A DNA stretch of 64,000 bases from Dictyostelium discoideum (GCA_000004695.1 CM000152.2:4992001-5056000), one strand, 5' to 3'. Shown: positions 1 through 19,507, numbered from the stretch's first letter. Numbers and translations: made by a program. The notes: generated by a model from the sequence alone, not told the origin.

Positions 1-1121
<1,121 letters not shown>

Positions 1122-1574
1122 TTTCTTCCTCCCCCCTCTCTCCCTCTCCCTTACTCTCATTCAATGTTATTCTTTGGAAAATATATAAAAGAAACTGGAA
1201 AAAAAAAAAAAAAAAAAAAAAAAAAGAATAAGAAATGAAAAATAAAAACGAATATGGAACATGTTTGCAAAGTATCAAAAAAAAAAAAAAAAGAATAACA
1301 AATTCATATTGTTACAATGATCAAACCTAGAACGAAACATATTTTTAGAAGACTATATTTTTGGAGATAAATAAATTATTTATCTTTTTTTTTTTTTTTC
1401 TAAACTTTATTAATATTATTTATTTTCACATCTATTATAGAAAAAAAAAAAAAAAGGAAAAGAAAAAAATAAAAATAAAAATAGATATCTATATTATACA
1501 ATCAAAATAAATTAAAATTTAAATAAATTATTAAATAAAAAAAAAAGAAATAATAAATATTTTTTATTATTTAT

Positions 1575-2081
1575 TTATTTTTGTAAAATTATAATTTCAT
1601 TTTCATTGAGTGGTTCTTGGAAACCATTGAAGTGATGATCTAAAATTTCATTTGTAATTTCGAATGGTGAATTTGCATTTATAGATTGATTTCTTATTTT
1701 TAATCTATTCTTTAAAGTCTCGTAATCAGATTTTAAATAAATTAATTGGATTTCCTTTACAATACCCTCATTAATACCAACTTGTTCTATGAAATCTCTA
1801 TATGATTCTCTTGTTGATTTCCTCCAAAAACTACTATCAATAACAATATTTTTACCTTGAATGATTAATTCTGATAACTTTTGTCTTAATTCTTTATCAG
1901 TGTTATCTAATATTTCTCTATATTTCTCAACTGGGTAATCAATACCATGTCTTCCATATTTCTCCCATACCATTTCATCTATTGAAAGACGTATATAACC
2001 TTCTTCTTTTTCTTTTTTCTTTGAGAATGTACTTTTACCTGATCCACAACAACCACACATCATTATAATTGTACTTTTCAT
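1575..2081 (-). CDS. Small P-loop NTPase / predicted kinase (AAA_33 / zeta-toxin-like fold), 168 aa, single exon
   Basis: N-terminal Walker A motif CGCCGSGKSTF immediately after Met. The IVIDSSFWRKSTRESYRDF segment resembles the lid/arginine region of polynucleotide-kinase-like P-loop kinases. Flanked by AT-rich intergenic DNA. Confidence 0.6.
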   Translation of the reverse strand: MKSTIIMMCGCCGSGKSTFSKKKEKEEGYIRLSIDEMVWEKYGRHGIDYPVEKYREILDNTDKELRQKLSELIIQGKNIVIDSSFWRKSTRESYRDFIEQVGINEGIVKEIQLIYLKSDYETLKNRLKIRNQSINANSPFEITNEILDHHFNGFQEPLNENEIIILQK

Positions 2082-2250
2082 TTTATTAATTTTTTTTTTT
2101 TTTTTTTCTGGTGTTCCTATGAAAAAGAAAAAAAAAAAAAATATTTATTACTTTGGTAAAAAAAGAAAAAAAAAAAAAAAAGAAAAAAAAAGAAAAATCT
2201 TTTTTTTTTCGCAAATCTATTAACAGAAAAATTGACCAAAAATAATTATT

Positions 2251-2286
<36 letters not shown>

Positions 2287-2325
2287 CAATACTTTTATTT
2301 AGTATTGTTTTGTTTTAATTGGCTT

Positions 2326-2356
<31 letters not shown>

Positions 2357-2440
2357 TTGTTAAAGAGAAAAAAAAAAAAAAAAAAAGATTCCAAAAAAAA
2401 AAAAAAAAAAGATAAAATTGATTATTATTATATTGTTAAA

Positions 2441-3199
<759 letters not shown>

Positions 3200-3491
3200 T
3201 TTAAATTTTATATGTATTTATTTATTTTATATTTCTTTGTTTAAGTTTTATTGAAAATAATAAAATTTAAAAAAAAAAAAAAAAAAAAAACGTTAAACTT
3301 GCTTTTTATAATTTTTTTTTTTCTTTTTTTTTTTTCCAATTTTTATTTTTTTTTTTTTTTTTTTTTTTTAATTTTTTTTTTTTTTTAATTTTATTTTTAA
3401 AACAGTCACCAACACTCTTTTTAATTTTAGAAAATATCTTTTATTTAGAATTTACACACACACACACTCAGGCACACTCAAAATATTAATT

Positions 3492-4395
3492 ATGAGTGAA
3501 AATAGAGTCAATGATATTAAAAAACTAATTGAATTTTATTTTAGTGACTCAAACCTTAGGAAAGATAAATTTTTATTTAATTTAATCCAAACCAATCAAA
3601 ATGATGGATGTAAGTATTATTTAAAATTCTAAATTTTTTTTTTTTTTTTTTTTTTTTTCCTATTTATATATAAATATATATATATAAGTACGCCTCCTAT
3701 TTAAAACTAAAAAAAAAAAAATAAAAAAAAACCAAAACCAAAAAAAAAAAATTGAAAATAAACAGGTTATTTTGAAAATATTAATTCAATATAAATAATT
3801 AATAATAATAATAATAATAATAAATATGATAGGGATTGATTTATCAATAATATTAGAATTTCAAAAGATTAAATCTGTTATCAATGAAAATTCATTAACA
3901 GAGCAAGAATTGGAACAAGTTTTTAAAGATAGTAAATTATTAATATTAAATCAAGATAAAAATAAAATTAAAAGGATTGAATGGCCAATTAAAGAGTTAA
4001 CACAATTAGAAATTAAAGAAATTGATGAAAAAACAATTTATATTGAACCAATTACAAATAAAATTTCAACTCCTGATTTAATTAGAAAATTATTATTATT
4101 AGAACAAAAAATTGAAAATGATAATAATAATAATAATGAATTAATTCAACATATTTCAATACCAAAATTTTCAGATAAAACATTAAAAGGATTTGCATTT
4201 GTAGAATTTTCAAATAAAGATATTGCAAATCAAACTATAAGAAATATTGATTTAAATCCAAGTAAATATGAAAATTTAATTGCATTATCAAAATTTGAAT
4301 GGTCAGAAAAGAAAAAAAAATTCTCTTATTTAAATAATCCATCCAGATATTTGAAAATTTCAAATATTCCAACAATTATTCAAACTAATTATAAA

Positions 4396-4439
<44 letters not shown>

Positions 4440-4803
4440 TGATGGTGGTGATGATGATGATGATGATGATGAGGATGATGATGATGAATTAATAGTAATA
4501 GATTCTACAAATGATAAAAGTTGTACTAAAATATTAAAAATGAATAAACCATGTCTTTGGAAGTTTTTTGATGAACAAACTAGTATAACTGTATCATTTT
4601 TAGATTATATAAGTGGTTCTGATAAAGCAATTTTAAAGTTTTCATCACAATTAGATATTCAAAATGCAATTGACCAATTTCAATTAGGTGAAATTAAACT
4701 TTACAATAATATTTTAAACATCATCCATCTATCCGATTCTGAAATTAATTCATTAAAACAAAGAACTCAATCACATGAAAAATCAAAATTTGGAAATCAA
4801 AAA

Positions 4804-4835
<32 letters not shown>

Positions 4836-4860
4836 TTATAATAAAAGAAAGAGGGATTGA
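3492..4860 (+). CDS. La protein homolog (La motif + RRM, acidic tract, C-terminal basic/NLS tail)
   Basis: Exons 3492..3609 and 3833..4860, with a GTAAGT...ATAG intron (3610-3832). Splicing joins ...LIQTNQNDG to WIDLSIILEFQKIKS, restoring the La motif (FYFSDSNLRKDKFL...DGW). There is an RNP1-like KGFAFVEF segment, a poly-Asp/Glu tract and a KRKRD tail. Confidence 0.85.
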
Positions 4861-4940
4861 AAGATTATTCTATGTTTATATGTACAAAATAATTTTAATA
4901 TTTATTTTTTAATTATATATATATATATTATTTTTTAAAA

Positions 4941-5154
4941 TTAATCTTCATCATTTGTATTGTCTTTTAAGAAAACAGGACCTTTTTGAATTGGAATATT
5001 TCTAAGTTTATGATATTCTTCAAATTTAATTAAACCTGGATTTTCCATGAATTTATCTTTAATCATTGGTTCAACAATTGCTAAAAATCCACTAGTTGCA
5101 TGCTATTAAATAAATTAAATAAAAAAAAAAAAATAAGAGAATTTAATAAAATTG

Positions 5155-5190
<36 letters not shown>

Positions 5191-5559
5191 TACATTTGTT
5201 TTTAATAATGATGGATTATTAATTAATTCTTTATTAATTTCTAATAGTTTTCCTTTTATACAACTTCTTAAAAAGTATTCTTTACCATTTGAACATGTTA
5301 TAACACATAGGATTGTATTTGATTGTAATTTGAAACCACCAGTTTTTCTAACACCTGAAACTTCATTATTAATTGCATTCTCTTTAAATTCAATCTTTGA
5401 AATTTCTTGTTGTAAAACTGGATGCGATGGTGCAACACCAATAACTGCCAATTCATTAGTATGTTGATTTACATATTGATCTTCTGTTAAATTTGGGTCT
5501 GTTATTGTTGTATCAATAAAATAATATTGTGAATAATATCTTTCAATTAATGTTCTCAT
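4941..5559 (-). CDS. Conserved small protein, possibly FAM206A/Abitram (Simiate) family; 175 aa, 2 exons
   Basis: Exons on minus: 5559..5194 and 5102..4941 (GTAATT...AG intron). Sequence: MRTLIERYYSQYYF...HTNELAVIGVAPSHPVLQQ...LCVITCSNGKEYFLRSCIKGKLLEINKELINNPSLLKTN-HATSGFLAIVEPMIKDKFMENPGLIK...NDED. The family assignment is from memory of the SHPVLQ/ERYY motifs and is not verified. Confidence 0.55.
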
Positions 5560-5893
5560 TATATTATTTACTATTTATTATTTGTGTATTTGTGATATTC
5601 TAAATATATCTTCAAAAAAAAAATAAAAAATAAAAAATAAAAAAATACAATTTTTAATAATAAATCTTTTTTTTTCAGTTTCGATTAATTTTTAATTTTT
5701 AATTTTTTTTTATTTTTTATTTTTTATTTTAATTATTTTTTTCATTTTTTAAAAAACCGAATTGAATTTTTTTTTTTTTTTTTTTTTTGTCGTTCGTTTT
5801 TTGGTTATTTTTTTTTTATTTTTATCTATTACTTTTTTTTTTATATATTTTTTTTTTTTTTTTATTTAAAAATAACATAGTAATAATAAAAAA

Positions 5894-8502
5894 ATGAATA
5901 AAAGTAAAGTAACTAGTAAAAAAGTTGTTGCCGAAACTAAAGTTGTAAATAATAAGAAATCTGAACCAATTGCAGTTTCAGAACCAAAGAAATCAGTTTC
6001 AAAACCAACAACAACTGCAACAACCACAGTTTCTAAATCACCAGTTTCAACAATTACCACTCAAATTTTAGGTAAAAGAACTAAAACTCCAGTTGTAAGA
6101 GATGAAGAAAATGAAGATGAAAAATTAGATTTCGGAAATATTGATTTAAATAATTATAATAGTGAAGATGATGAAGATTATGAAAGTGAAGAAGATGATG
6201 AAGGAGATGATGAAGAAGATGTTGAATCACAAAATGGTAGTATTGTATATTCAGAATCTGAAGAAGAAGAAGAAGGTGGTATTAATAAAGCATTATTAGA
6301 AGCAGAGGAATCATTAGTTGAATATCAATCAGAAGATGATAGTGGTTCAATTTCATCAAAATCATCATCATCAACAACAACAACAACAACAACAACTAAA
6401 AAAACTAATAATGATGAAGAAGAAGTTGCACCAAATAAACAATGGACAAATGATCCAAATCAATTTTATGATAGTGATGATTCTTCTGAGGATGAAGTAA
6501 GTATATAATTTTGTTAATTTTTTAAATTATTTTTTAAAAAAAAAAGTAATAATAATATTAATTAATATTATTATTATTTTTTTTAAAAATTTTTTTTTTT
6601 TAGTCATTAGTAAATAGAATTGGTAATATACCACTTGAATGGTATGATGATTATGATCATATTGGTTATGATGTTGATGGTAATAAAATTATGAAAACTG
6701 AATCAATGAAAGATTCAATTGATAAATATTTAGATCAACAAGATCCAAACTTTTGGAGAACAGTATATGATAAAGTTAATGATAAGAAAGTTGTACTTTC
6801 AGATGATGATATGGCATTATTAAAGAGTATTCAAAATAAACATTTCATACCAGGTTATGATCCATACGCAGATTGGTATGATTCAGGTAACAATCATCCA
6901 GATTCAATTCATCCAATGCATAATGCACCAGTACCAAAACGTTCATTCTTTCCAAATGGTACAGATGAAGAGAGAGAGATTCGTCGTTTAACAAAGGCAA
7001 TTCGTATGGGTTGGATTAAATTGAATAAAAAGGGTAAGAAGGGTGAAAAGGATAAGAAAGATGGTAACTTTGATTTATGGGCTGATGAAGGTGAAGAAAA
7101 AGAGAAAACCAAAGGTATCAGACGTATTGCAGCACCAAAACAAAAGCTACCAGGTAATGTTGAATCATTCAATCCACCAGAAGAGTATCTCTTGAATGAG
7201 AATGAACTTAAGGCATGGCATTTAATGGATCCAAGAGAACGTCCACACAATTTCATTCCACAAAAGTATCAATCACTTCGTCAATTACCAATCTACAATA
7301 AATTGATTAAGGAACGTTTCGAACGTTGTCTTGATCTTTACCTTTGTCCACGTACAACTCGTGTTAAACAATTCACAAAGGATCCAACTAAATTCCTTCC
7401 AACACTTCCAAAACCACAAGATCTCCGTCCATTCCCATCCCATGAGGAAATTCAATTCCTTGGTCATAAAGCTCGTGTTAGATCCATTTCAATCTCACCA
7501 AATGGTCAATGGTTAGCTAGTGGTTCCGATGATTGCACCATTAAAATTTGGGAAGTTTCAAGTACACGTTGTCTCTACTCTTTAGAGGTTGAATCTGAAG
7601 TACAAACCGTCGCTTGGAATCCAAATCCAATCTACAATATCTTGGCCGTTGGTTATAGTAATAAAATCATAATTATCACTCCACCACTTTTCGGTACTCA
7701 AACTGAACATTCCCCAGAGACTGAAAAAATTTTAACCAAACCACCAACTGATTCTTCAACTGAACAACAACAAAATAAATCTGTCAATTGGTATCAAGTA
7801 ACTGGTGCTGATAAAGCAAAACTCCTTGAAAAAGGTGTACGTATTGAAATTCATCATCCATTCACTGTAAAGAATTTAACTTGGCATTATAAGGGTGACT
7901 ACTTTTCAACCACATCTCCAGAGGAAGGTACTCGTTCAGTTAAAATCCATCATCTCTCTAAAAGAGCAACTCAATCACCATTTAGAAAGAGTAAAACTCC
8001 AAATCAAGTCACTCGTTTCCATCCAAATAAACCAATCTTCTTTGTTGCCGATCAAAATATAATTCGTGTCTATGATCTCATGAAACAAGAATTAATCAAA
8101 AAGTTAATCACTGGTTGTAGATACATTAGTTCCATCGATATTCATCCACAAGGTGATAATGTCATCATGGGTGGCTATGATAAAAAGGTTTGTTGGTTTG
8201 ATTTGGATCTTTCTGTACGTCCATACAAAGTTTTAAATTATCATAAAATGGCTGTACGTAAAGTTATCTATCATCCAACTTTACCATTATTCGCCTCTTG
8301 TTCAGATGATCTTTCAATTCATGTTTTCCATGGTATGGTTTATGATGATCTCTTACAAAATGCTCTCATCGTTCCACTTAAAATTCTTAAAACTCATGAA
8401 TCTATTAATGATTTAGGTGTTTTAGATATTGTTTTCCATCCAAAACAACCTTGGATCTTTTCTTCTGGTGCTGATTCAACAATAAGATTATATACTAATT
8501 AA
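5894..8502 (+). CDS. bop1: Ribosome biogenesis protein BOP1/Erb1 (BOP1 N-terminal domain + WD40 repeats)
   Basis: Exons 5894..6496 and 6604..8502, with a GTAAGT...TTTAG intron. The N-terminus is Ser/Glu/Asp-rich and acidic. Exon 2 opens with NRIGNIPLEWYDDYDHIGYDVDGNKIMK (BOP1NT signature), followed by WD repeats (GHKARVRSISISPNGQWLASGSDDCTIKIWEV ... FHPKQPWIFSSGADSTIRLY). Confidence 0.9.
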
Positions 8503-8936
8503 TAAAAAAAAAAAATAAAAAAAAAAAAAATAAAATAAAAAAAAAATTAAATTAAAAATTGATATTTTTATATTTTCAATATCTGTGGATAATATCTATT
8601 CATTTCCATTCAATTTTTATTTTTTTAAATTCTAAGATAAAATATTGTGTCATAATTTGTAGATTCAATCAAAAAAATCAAGTTCTATTTGTGATACTAA
8701 TTCTCATTAGTTGGATGTGTTATTATTATTATTATTATTATTTTGTTATTTAAATAATTATCTATTTTATAGATACATATTTTTTTTTTTTTTTTTGAAG
8801 ATATAAATAATTTTTAATGGATTAAATTTTATTTATTTTTATTAATTTTCTTTTTTTTTTATTTTTTTTTTATTCGGTTTTTTTTTTTTTCGTTTTTTCA
8901 TTTCAATTTTTTTTTTTTAATTTTATTTCTCCTAAA

Positions 8937-8968
<32 letters not shown>

Positions 8969-8988
8969 CTAAATACCTTTTAATAAAA

Positions 8989-11811
8989 ATGGCAAAAAAG
9001 AAATTTGTAGAAAATACAAACTGGAAAAAGATTGACACAGATAATCAATTAATTTTTGAACAAGGTGGTTTTTTAGGTTTGGAAGAAATTGATCCAAATG
9101 ATTACTTTTTAACTGATAAAAATGTTGATAAAATTGAAAAACAACAAAAACAAAAACAAAAACAAGAACAAGAACAAGAACAAAAACCAACAAACAAATT
9201 AACAACAAAATCAACAACAAAATCAACACCAGTACAAAACAAGAATCAAAAACCAGTTGACAAAAAGAGAAAATCAAAAAAAGGTAATGATGATTCAGAT
9301 AATGAATATAGTGGTTATCAAGATGATAGCGATCAAGATGATGAATACTCTGCAGCTAAAAAGAAACCAAGAATTATAAAACCAACTGAAACAGTTGACA
9401 TGGGTACTGAATTATTAAATTCTTTTGTTGAAGGTACTGTCCATAATAAAAAGAAACAAAGAAAAGGAATAAAAGTTAAACAAATTATCGATGATAATGA
9501 TAATGATTTTGAAGATGAAGAGGAAGAAGTTAAACCACAACAAAAATTACAAAAACAAAAACAACAAGAACAAAAGCAAAAACAACCACAAAAACAACCA
9601 CAACAACCAAATAAAAAAAATAATAAAAAGGAATTACAAAAAGAAGAAGAGGAACAAATGGAGGAGGAGAAGGAGGAAGAAGAAGTACAACAAGAAGAAG
9701 AAGAAGAAAAAGAAATTAAAAAACCAATTAAAGAAAAAAAAGTTAAAACTCAAAAACAAATTGAAGCAGCTAAAAAAAATATTAATAAATTAGAAAAGAT
9801 TAAAAAGAGAAAAGAGATTTCAGAACAAAAAACAATTTCAAAAGAGGAACAAGATCAATTAGATATGTCAGAATGGAATAGTTATAATCTTGATCCATTA
9901 ATTCTTAAAGGTTTACGTTCATTAGGTTTCTCAAAACCAACAGAAATTCAATCATCTGTTATTCCAGTTGCAGTTTCATCAGGTTATGATGTTATTGGTG
10001 CAGCTCAAACTGGTTCGGGTAAAACTTTAGCATTTGGTATTCCAATGGTACAAAGAATTTTACAACATTTAAGAAAACATGGTCAAAATGTTGAAAATAA
10101 AGCTAACAAACAACAAAATGATAATGATGACGAAAATGAAGATGTTGAAGAGGAGGAGGAAGAAGAGGAAGAAGAGGGTAGATCAAAAGAATATAGAAAA
10201 TTATTTTCATTAGTAATTTGTCCAACTAGAGAATTAGCAATTCAAGTTACAAATCATATTAAATCAATTATTTCACATACAAATTTAAAGGTTATTTCAA
10301 TTGTTGGTGGTATGGCATCACAAAGACAACAAAGAGTTTTATCAAAGAGACCAGAGATTGTTGTTGCGACACCAGGTCGTCTTTGGGAATTAATTACTGA
10401 AGGTCATCAACATTTAGTTGAATTGGAAAGTTTATTATGTTTAGGTATTGATGAAGCAGATCGTATGGTTGAACAAGGTCATTTCGCAGAGTTGGAAAGT
10501 ATTTTAAAGACATTACCAATTCATCGTACAGCAATGTCAAAGAAAGAAAGATTAAAAAAGAAAGAAACCGAAGAAAAGCGTAATAAACGTAGAAAAGTTG
10601 ATAAATTAAATGACAAGGGTGAAATGATTAAAGGCGATCAAGATGATATGGATGATCAAATTCCAGATGAAGAAATGGAAGAATTAGAACAAGAGGAACA
10701 AAACCATCTTACAACTACACACAAAAGACAAACATTTGTTTTCTCTGCAACACTTGTAAACATACCAGGTGATGGTGCACCAACAAGTCAAAAAAAGAAA
10801 TATAGAAAATTGACACCAATTGAAAATTTAATTGAAAAAGTTCGTTTCCAACGTGACTATAAATTAATTGATGTGACTCAAAAGAGATTGACAGCAAAGA
10901 ATCTTTTAGAAACTAAAATCTTTTGTAATCTTGAAGAAAAGGATATGTATCTTTATTACTTTGTTGAAAGATATCCAGGTCGTACATTGGTATTTGTAAA
11001 TTCAATTGATTGTGCACGTCGTTTAATTCCAATTTTCAATATATTAGAGGTACCAGTATTTGCACTCCATGCACAAATGCAACAAAAGCAACGTTTAAAG
11101 AATCTTGATCGTTTCCGTACTTTAGATAATGTGGTTTTAATTGCAACCGATGTTGCCGCTCGTGGTTTAGATATTCCATTGGTTCAACATGTAATTCATT
11201 ATCAAGTACCACGTACAACTCAATTATACATTCATCGTAGTGGTCGTACTGCTCGTTCAGATCAAGATGGTATTTCAGTTGTATTGGTAACTCCAAAAGA
11301 ACGTCCACTCTATATTAAATTGGATTCTTCAATCGAGCATGATATTGGTAATTTCCCAACCGATATTCGTTATATGGAGGGTGTTAGAGATAGAATTGAA
11401 TTGGCAAAAGAAATCGATAAATTATCTCATCAATCATTAAAAGATAATAGAGAGAAAAGTTGGTTCAAAAAACAAGCTGAAGAAATGGATATCGAATTGG
11501 ATGGTGACTTTTTCGGTGAAAACTCTGATGATGAACAATCTGAAGATACTCGTATAGCTGAACAAAAGAAACAATTTAAATTAAAACAATTAAGAGCTCA
11601 ATTGAAACACTTACTCTCTCGTTCACTTTTACCAAGAGGTGTTTCTCAATCCTATATCACTGCTTCTGCAATTCAAGAATTAGAATCAAAGAGTCAATCT
11701 TCCGCTGCAACTGATTTCTCAAATAAAGCTAAAAATGTAATTGGTAAAAAAGCAAAACAACTTGCAATTGAAAATCATTCAAAATTTTTAACAAAAAATA
11801 AAAAGAAATAA
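8989..11811 (+). CDS. ddx24: DEAD-box ATP-dependent RNA helicase, DDX24/Mak5-like, 940 aa
   Basis: Single ORF with Q-motif/motif I (GAAQTGSGKTLAFGIPM), a long acidic insertion after motif I, then motifs PTRELA, DEADRM, SAT and HRSGRTAR. The N-terminal region is Lys/Glu/Gln-rich. The insertion between motif I and Ia is typical of DDX24/Mak5. Confidence 0.85.
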   Translation: MAKKKFVENTNWKKIDTDNQLIFEQGGFLGLEEIDPNDYFLTDKNVDKIEKQQKQKQKQEQEQEQKPTNKLTTKSTTKSTPVQNKNQKPVDKKRKSKKGNDDSDNEYSGYQDDSDQDDEYSAAKKKPRIIKPTETVDMGTELLNSFVEGTVHNKKKQRKGIKVKQIIDDNDNDFEDEEEEVKPQQKLQKQKQQEQKQKQPQKQPQQPNKKNNKKELQKEEEEQMEEEKEEEEVQQEEEEEKEIKKPIKEKKVKTQKQIEAAKKNINKLEKIKKRKEISEQKTISKEEQDQLDMSEWNSYNLDPLILKGLRSLGFSKPTEIQSSVIPVAVSSGYDVIGAAQTGSGKTLAFGIPMVQRILQHLRKHGQNVENKANKQQNDNDDENEDVEEEEEEEEEEGRSKEYRKLFSLVICPTRELAIQVTNHIKSIISHTNLKVISIVGGMASQRQQRVLSKRPEIVVATPGRLWELITEGHQHLVELESLLCLGIDEADRMVEQGHFAELESILKTLPIHRTAMSKKERLKKKETEEKRNKRRKVDKLNDKGEMIKGDQDDMDDQIPDEEMEELEQEEQNHLTTTHKRQTFVFSATLVNIPGDGAPTSQKKKYRKLTPIENLIEKVRFQRDYKLIDVTQKRLTAKNLLETKIFCNLEEKDMYLYYFVERYPGRTLVFVNSIDCARRLIPIFNILEVPVFALHAQMQQKQRLKNLDRFRTLDNVVLIATDVAARGLDIPLVQHVIHYQVPRTTQLYIHRSGRTARSDQDGISVVLVTPKERPLYIKLDSSIEHDIGNFPTDIRYMEGVRDRIELAKEIDKLSHQSLKDNREKSWFKKQAEEMDIELDGDFFGENSDDEQSEDTRIAEQKKQFKLKQLRAQLKHLLSRSLLPRGVSQSYITASAIQELESKSQSSAATDFSNKAKNVIGKKAKQLAIENHSKFLTKNKKK

Positions 11812-11889
11812 AATAAAAAAAAAAAAAGAATTACAAATAAATAAATAAATAAAAAAAAATAAAAAAAACAGATTTTATTTATTGTCTTA

Positions 11890-12044
11890 TTATAATAAAA
11901 TAAATGACAAAATAATTAATGATACAATTATTAACATTTGAATTTTTGAATTTGGTAATTTAAATGAATCACTCTTTAGAACACAATCATCAATGGTAAT
12001 GGTTTTTGGTAAATATCCAGAATATTTACCATTTGCTTTGGGGG

Positions 12045-12077
<33 letters not shown>

Positions 12078-13484
12078 AAATTAGAAAATTTGAAAATAGT
12101 TTTGTAAAAAAAAACCATTAAATATAAAACATACCAGTTGTTCCACCATTTGTTGGTATAGATGATTTTAAATAGCATTGGTTTCCAGTAAATGTAAAAG
12201 CATAACATAATGGAGTTACTTGACATTTTGCACAACAATCTTGAGGAGTATCAAGTTTAACTAAATATTTTTAATATTAAAAATATTTATTAATATAAAT
12301 AAAAGGTTAAATTAAAAGGATTTGGTTATAAATAATATAATATAGTTACATGTTCCACCAGTAAGATCATTTCCAGCATAATCAAGATTTGGAATTATGG
12401 TACAATTTCCTAAGTTTTTACAACCACAACCAGAAGATCCTGCTTGGCATTCGCATTTTCCATTTTTACAGATACTAATTTATAAATTGAAATTTTGAAA
12501 ATATTGTTAGTAAAATTTTAAAAAATTATAAAAAAAAATAATATTAATATATTACCTTCTTGAACCACAATCAACTTGATAACATGAAGAATCTTTTGGT
12601 GGTTCTGTACAAAATTCACCAGTATAGCCTTCAAGACAAGTACACTTATCACCACCAGCAGATGCAGTGGTTGCATTACATCTACCATAGTAGCCACAAT
12701 TAACGCCATAACATGGTGTGTAATCAGATTTTACAGAACAAGTTGGACCTCCATAACCTGGTTGACAAAGACATAATCCAGAAACACCATCTGGGGCTCT
12801 CATACCACCCATACAGACACCATCATTTAAACATTTAACATTCTTACATGCATTTAAATCCTTTTGGTCAAGACAACTCCATTGAATTAAAAGTGTATTT
12901 AGATTTAAAGAACTCCAACCAGCAGTTCCATAATTATCAATCTCTGTTGGGAACCAATAATTTCCAGAACCCCAACAATTTGGTGATGTTGTAGTATTTG
13001 GACAACCAGAGCAACAATGAATATTTTTGGTTGATCCATCATCATAAAAGGCTGTTACATTTAAACCGGCAGTAAAAGCATCAATATTTGAAATATCAAC
13101 AAATAATAAATTATTATAATCGGTAGCACCACCTTCAAATAATGTATACTCATTACCACATTGTCCTTTCTAAATTAAATTTAAAATTTAAAATAATAAA
13201 ATTAAATTAAAATTGGATTTATTTATAAATTAATTAATTTTTTAAACAATTTTATTTACATTTGTAACTGGAGCTGATCTATCACCAGTACCTTGATCAG
13301 GGATAATATAGGTAACATTTCCATTGAATGGAACATCACAACTTGATTTAACAATTGTTGATTCTAAATAATGAAATTGTGATGGACAATTATTTTCAAT
13401 TACATATTTAAATCTATATGAAAATGATAAATGTACTATTGATAATAATACAAATAATTTTATAATATATTTTTTATTAAGCAT
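11890..13484 (-). CDS. Secreted cysteine-rich protein with EGF-like repeats and a PAN/apple-like module, C-terminal hydrophobic tail (GPI or TM); 411 aa, 5 exons
   Basis: Exons on minus: 13484..13260 (signal peptide MLNKKYIIKLFVLLSIVHLSFS), 13169..12556 (EGF-like CxC...GxxGxxC repeats), 12474..12350, 12260..12135 (CCAKCQVTPLCYAFTFTGNQCYLKSS, PAN-like), 12035..11890 (ends ...MLIIVSLIILSFILL). Donors are GTAAAT, GTAATA, GTAACT and GTATGT. The last intron contains a poly(T) tract of about 30 nt. Confidence 0.7.
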
Positions 13485-13914
13485 TTTTTATTTTCCTTAA
13501 AAATAAATTGATAAAAAAAAAAAAAAAAAAAATATATTTATAGTCTCGCAAACCCATTCAAAAATATCTAAATATCCTTCCAAACTTTTTATTTTTTTTT
13601 TTATTTTTTAAAAAAAAAATAAAAAAAATAAAAAAAAAAATGAGTGTTTTTCAAATAAAAAATAAATTCAGACTTCCAATGAATTGGATTTAAGATCTCT
13701 TTGTTTTATTTTCAAATAAAAGCGTAAAACAAAATCTTTTTAGAATGCATTCCCCAAATTCTTTTTTTTTTTTTATTTTTTTTTTTAATTATTTTTTTAT
13801 TTTTTTTATTTTAACTTTAATAATATTAAATAACACCTAATCTCTTATTCCAAAATTTTAAAAACTGTTTTTTTTTTTTATTTTAAAATTTGTTTATTTT
13901 TTAATTTTTTTTTA

Positions 13915-14100
13915 TTTTATATTTTTTGAAGTTCAATTAAATAATTTTATTGTTTTATTTTATATTTTTTTTATTTTATTTTATTTTATTTTATTTTTTT
14001 GAATTTCAATTAAATAATTTTATAATTTTATTTTTTTATTTTTTTTATATTTTTTTTATTTTTTTTCAAGTTCAATTAAATAATTTTATTATTTTTTTCA
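13915..14100. repeat. Tandem repeat, about 3 copies of a ~70-bp unit (...ttcaattaaataattttat...)
   Basis: The motif 'ga[a/g][g/t]ttcaattaaataattttat[t/a][g/a]ttttatttt' is preceded each time by a T-rich run, at about 13921, 13990 and 14060, with a degenerate fourth copy starting at 14100. It lies in the divergent intergenic region between the EGF-like gene (-) and the myotubularin gene (+). Confidence 0.7.
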
Positions 14101-14281
14101 AAGTTCCCAGGAATAAATAAAATATATTGAATATATCACCGTTAAAAGATTTATCACATGAATTTTTTGATTTTTTTTATTGATTTTTTTTTTTTGTAAT
14201 TTTTTTTAATTTTTTTTTTATAATTTTTTTTTTTTTTATAATTTTATTTTTTTTTATTTTTTTTTTTTTCAACAACGAAAT

Positions 14282-14455
<174 letters not shown>

Positions 14456-14669
14456 TTATTTAATCTTAAATGTAAAATAAATAAATAAATAAAAAGAATA
14501 AAAAAAAGAATAAAAACAATAATTTAATAATAAAAAAAATAAAAAAATAACAATAAAATAGTTTTTTATTTAAAAAAATGAATTTTTTTGAAAAGGTACC
14601 TATAAACCTATTTATTTATTTATTTTAAAAAAATAAAGTTACGTGGGAAATTATTTATTTGTTTACTAA

Positions 14670-18931
<4,262 letters not shown>

Positions 18932-18967
18932 TTAAATATATAATAAAAATAATACATTATTATTATT

Positions 18968-19004
<37 letters not shown>

Positions 19005-19507
19005 AAAAAAAAAAAAAAATAAAGTATCAATAAAAATATTTAAATAAAATAGAAACGATTTCAATTATGGTATTTAATTATTCAATAATTTAACAAAACA
19101 TATTTTAATTTTATTTTTTTTGTTTTTAACTCTTGTGATGCTTAGATTAGACAATTTCCATAAATAAAATACAACATTGATCAATTTTATTGGAAGAAAT
19201 TGCAGAGGTTTTTTTTTTATTTTTTATTTTTTAATTTTAATTTTTTTTTAAAATGGACGGACTCAAACTATAAATTATGGTTTATATATAAATAAATTAT
19301 CATCACAAAACCTAAAAAAATAATGTAATTTCTTTTTTTTTATTTTTTTTTTATTTTTATTTATTTTTTTTATATTTTTTTTTTTTTTTTCATTTTTTTT
19401 TTTTTTTTTTTTCATTAATTTTACAACATTTCTATTTTGTGTTCACACAACAATAATTTTTTTTATTTTAATTTCTAAAAAAAACAGTAGTTATATAAAG
19501 AATTAAT

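Noticed and set aside
9491-9793. 100-aa Lys/Asn-rich ORF inside ddx24
   Set aside because: Out-of-frame reading of the Glu/Lys/Gln-rich helicase N-terminal region.
12026-12238. 70-aa minus ORF ending in poly-Phe
   Set aside because: It spans exon 4 of the EGF/PAN gene and runs on into the poly(T) intron. It is not an independent gene.
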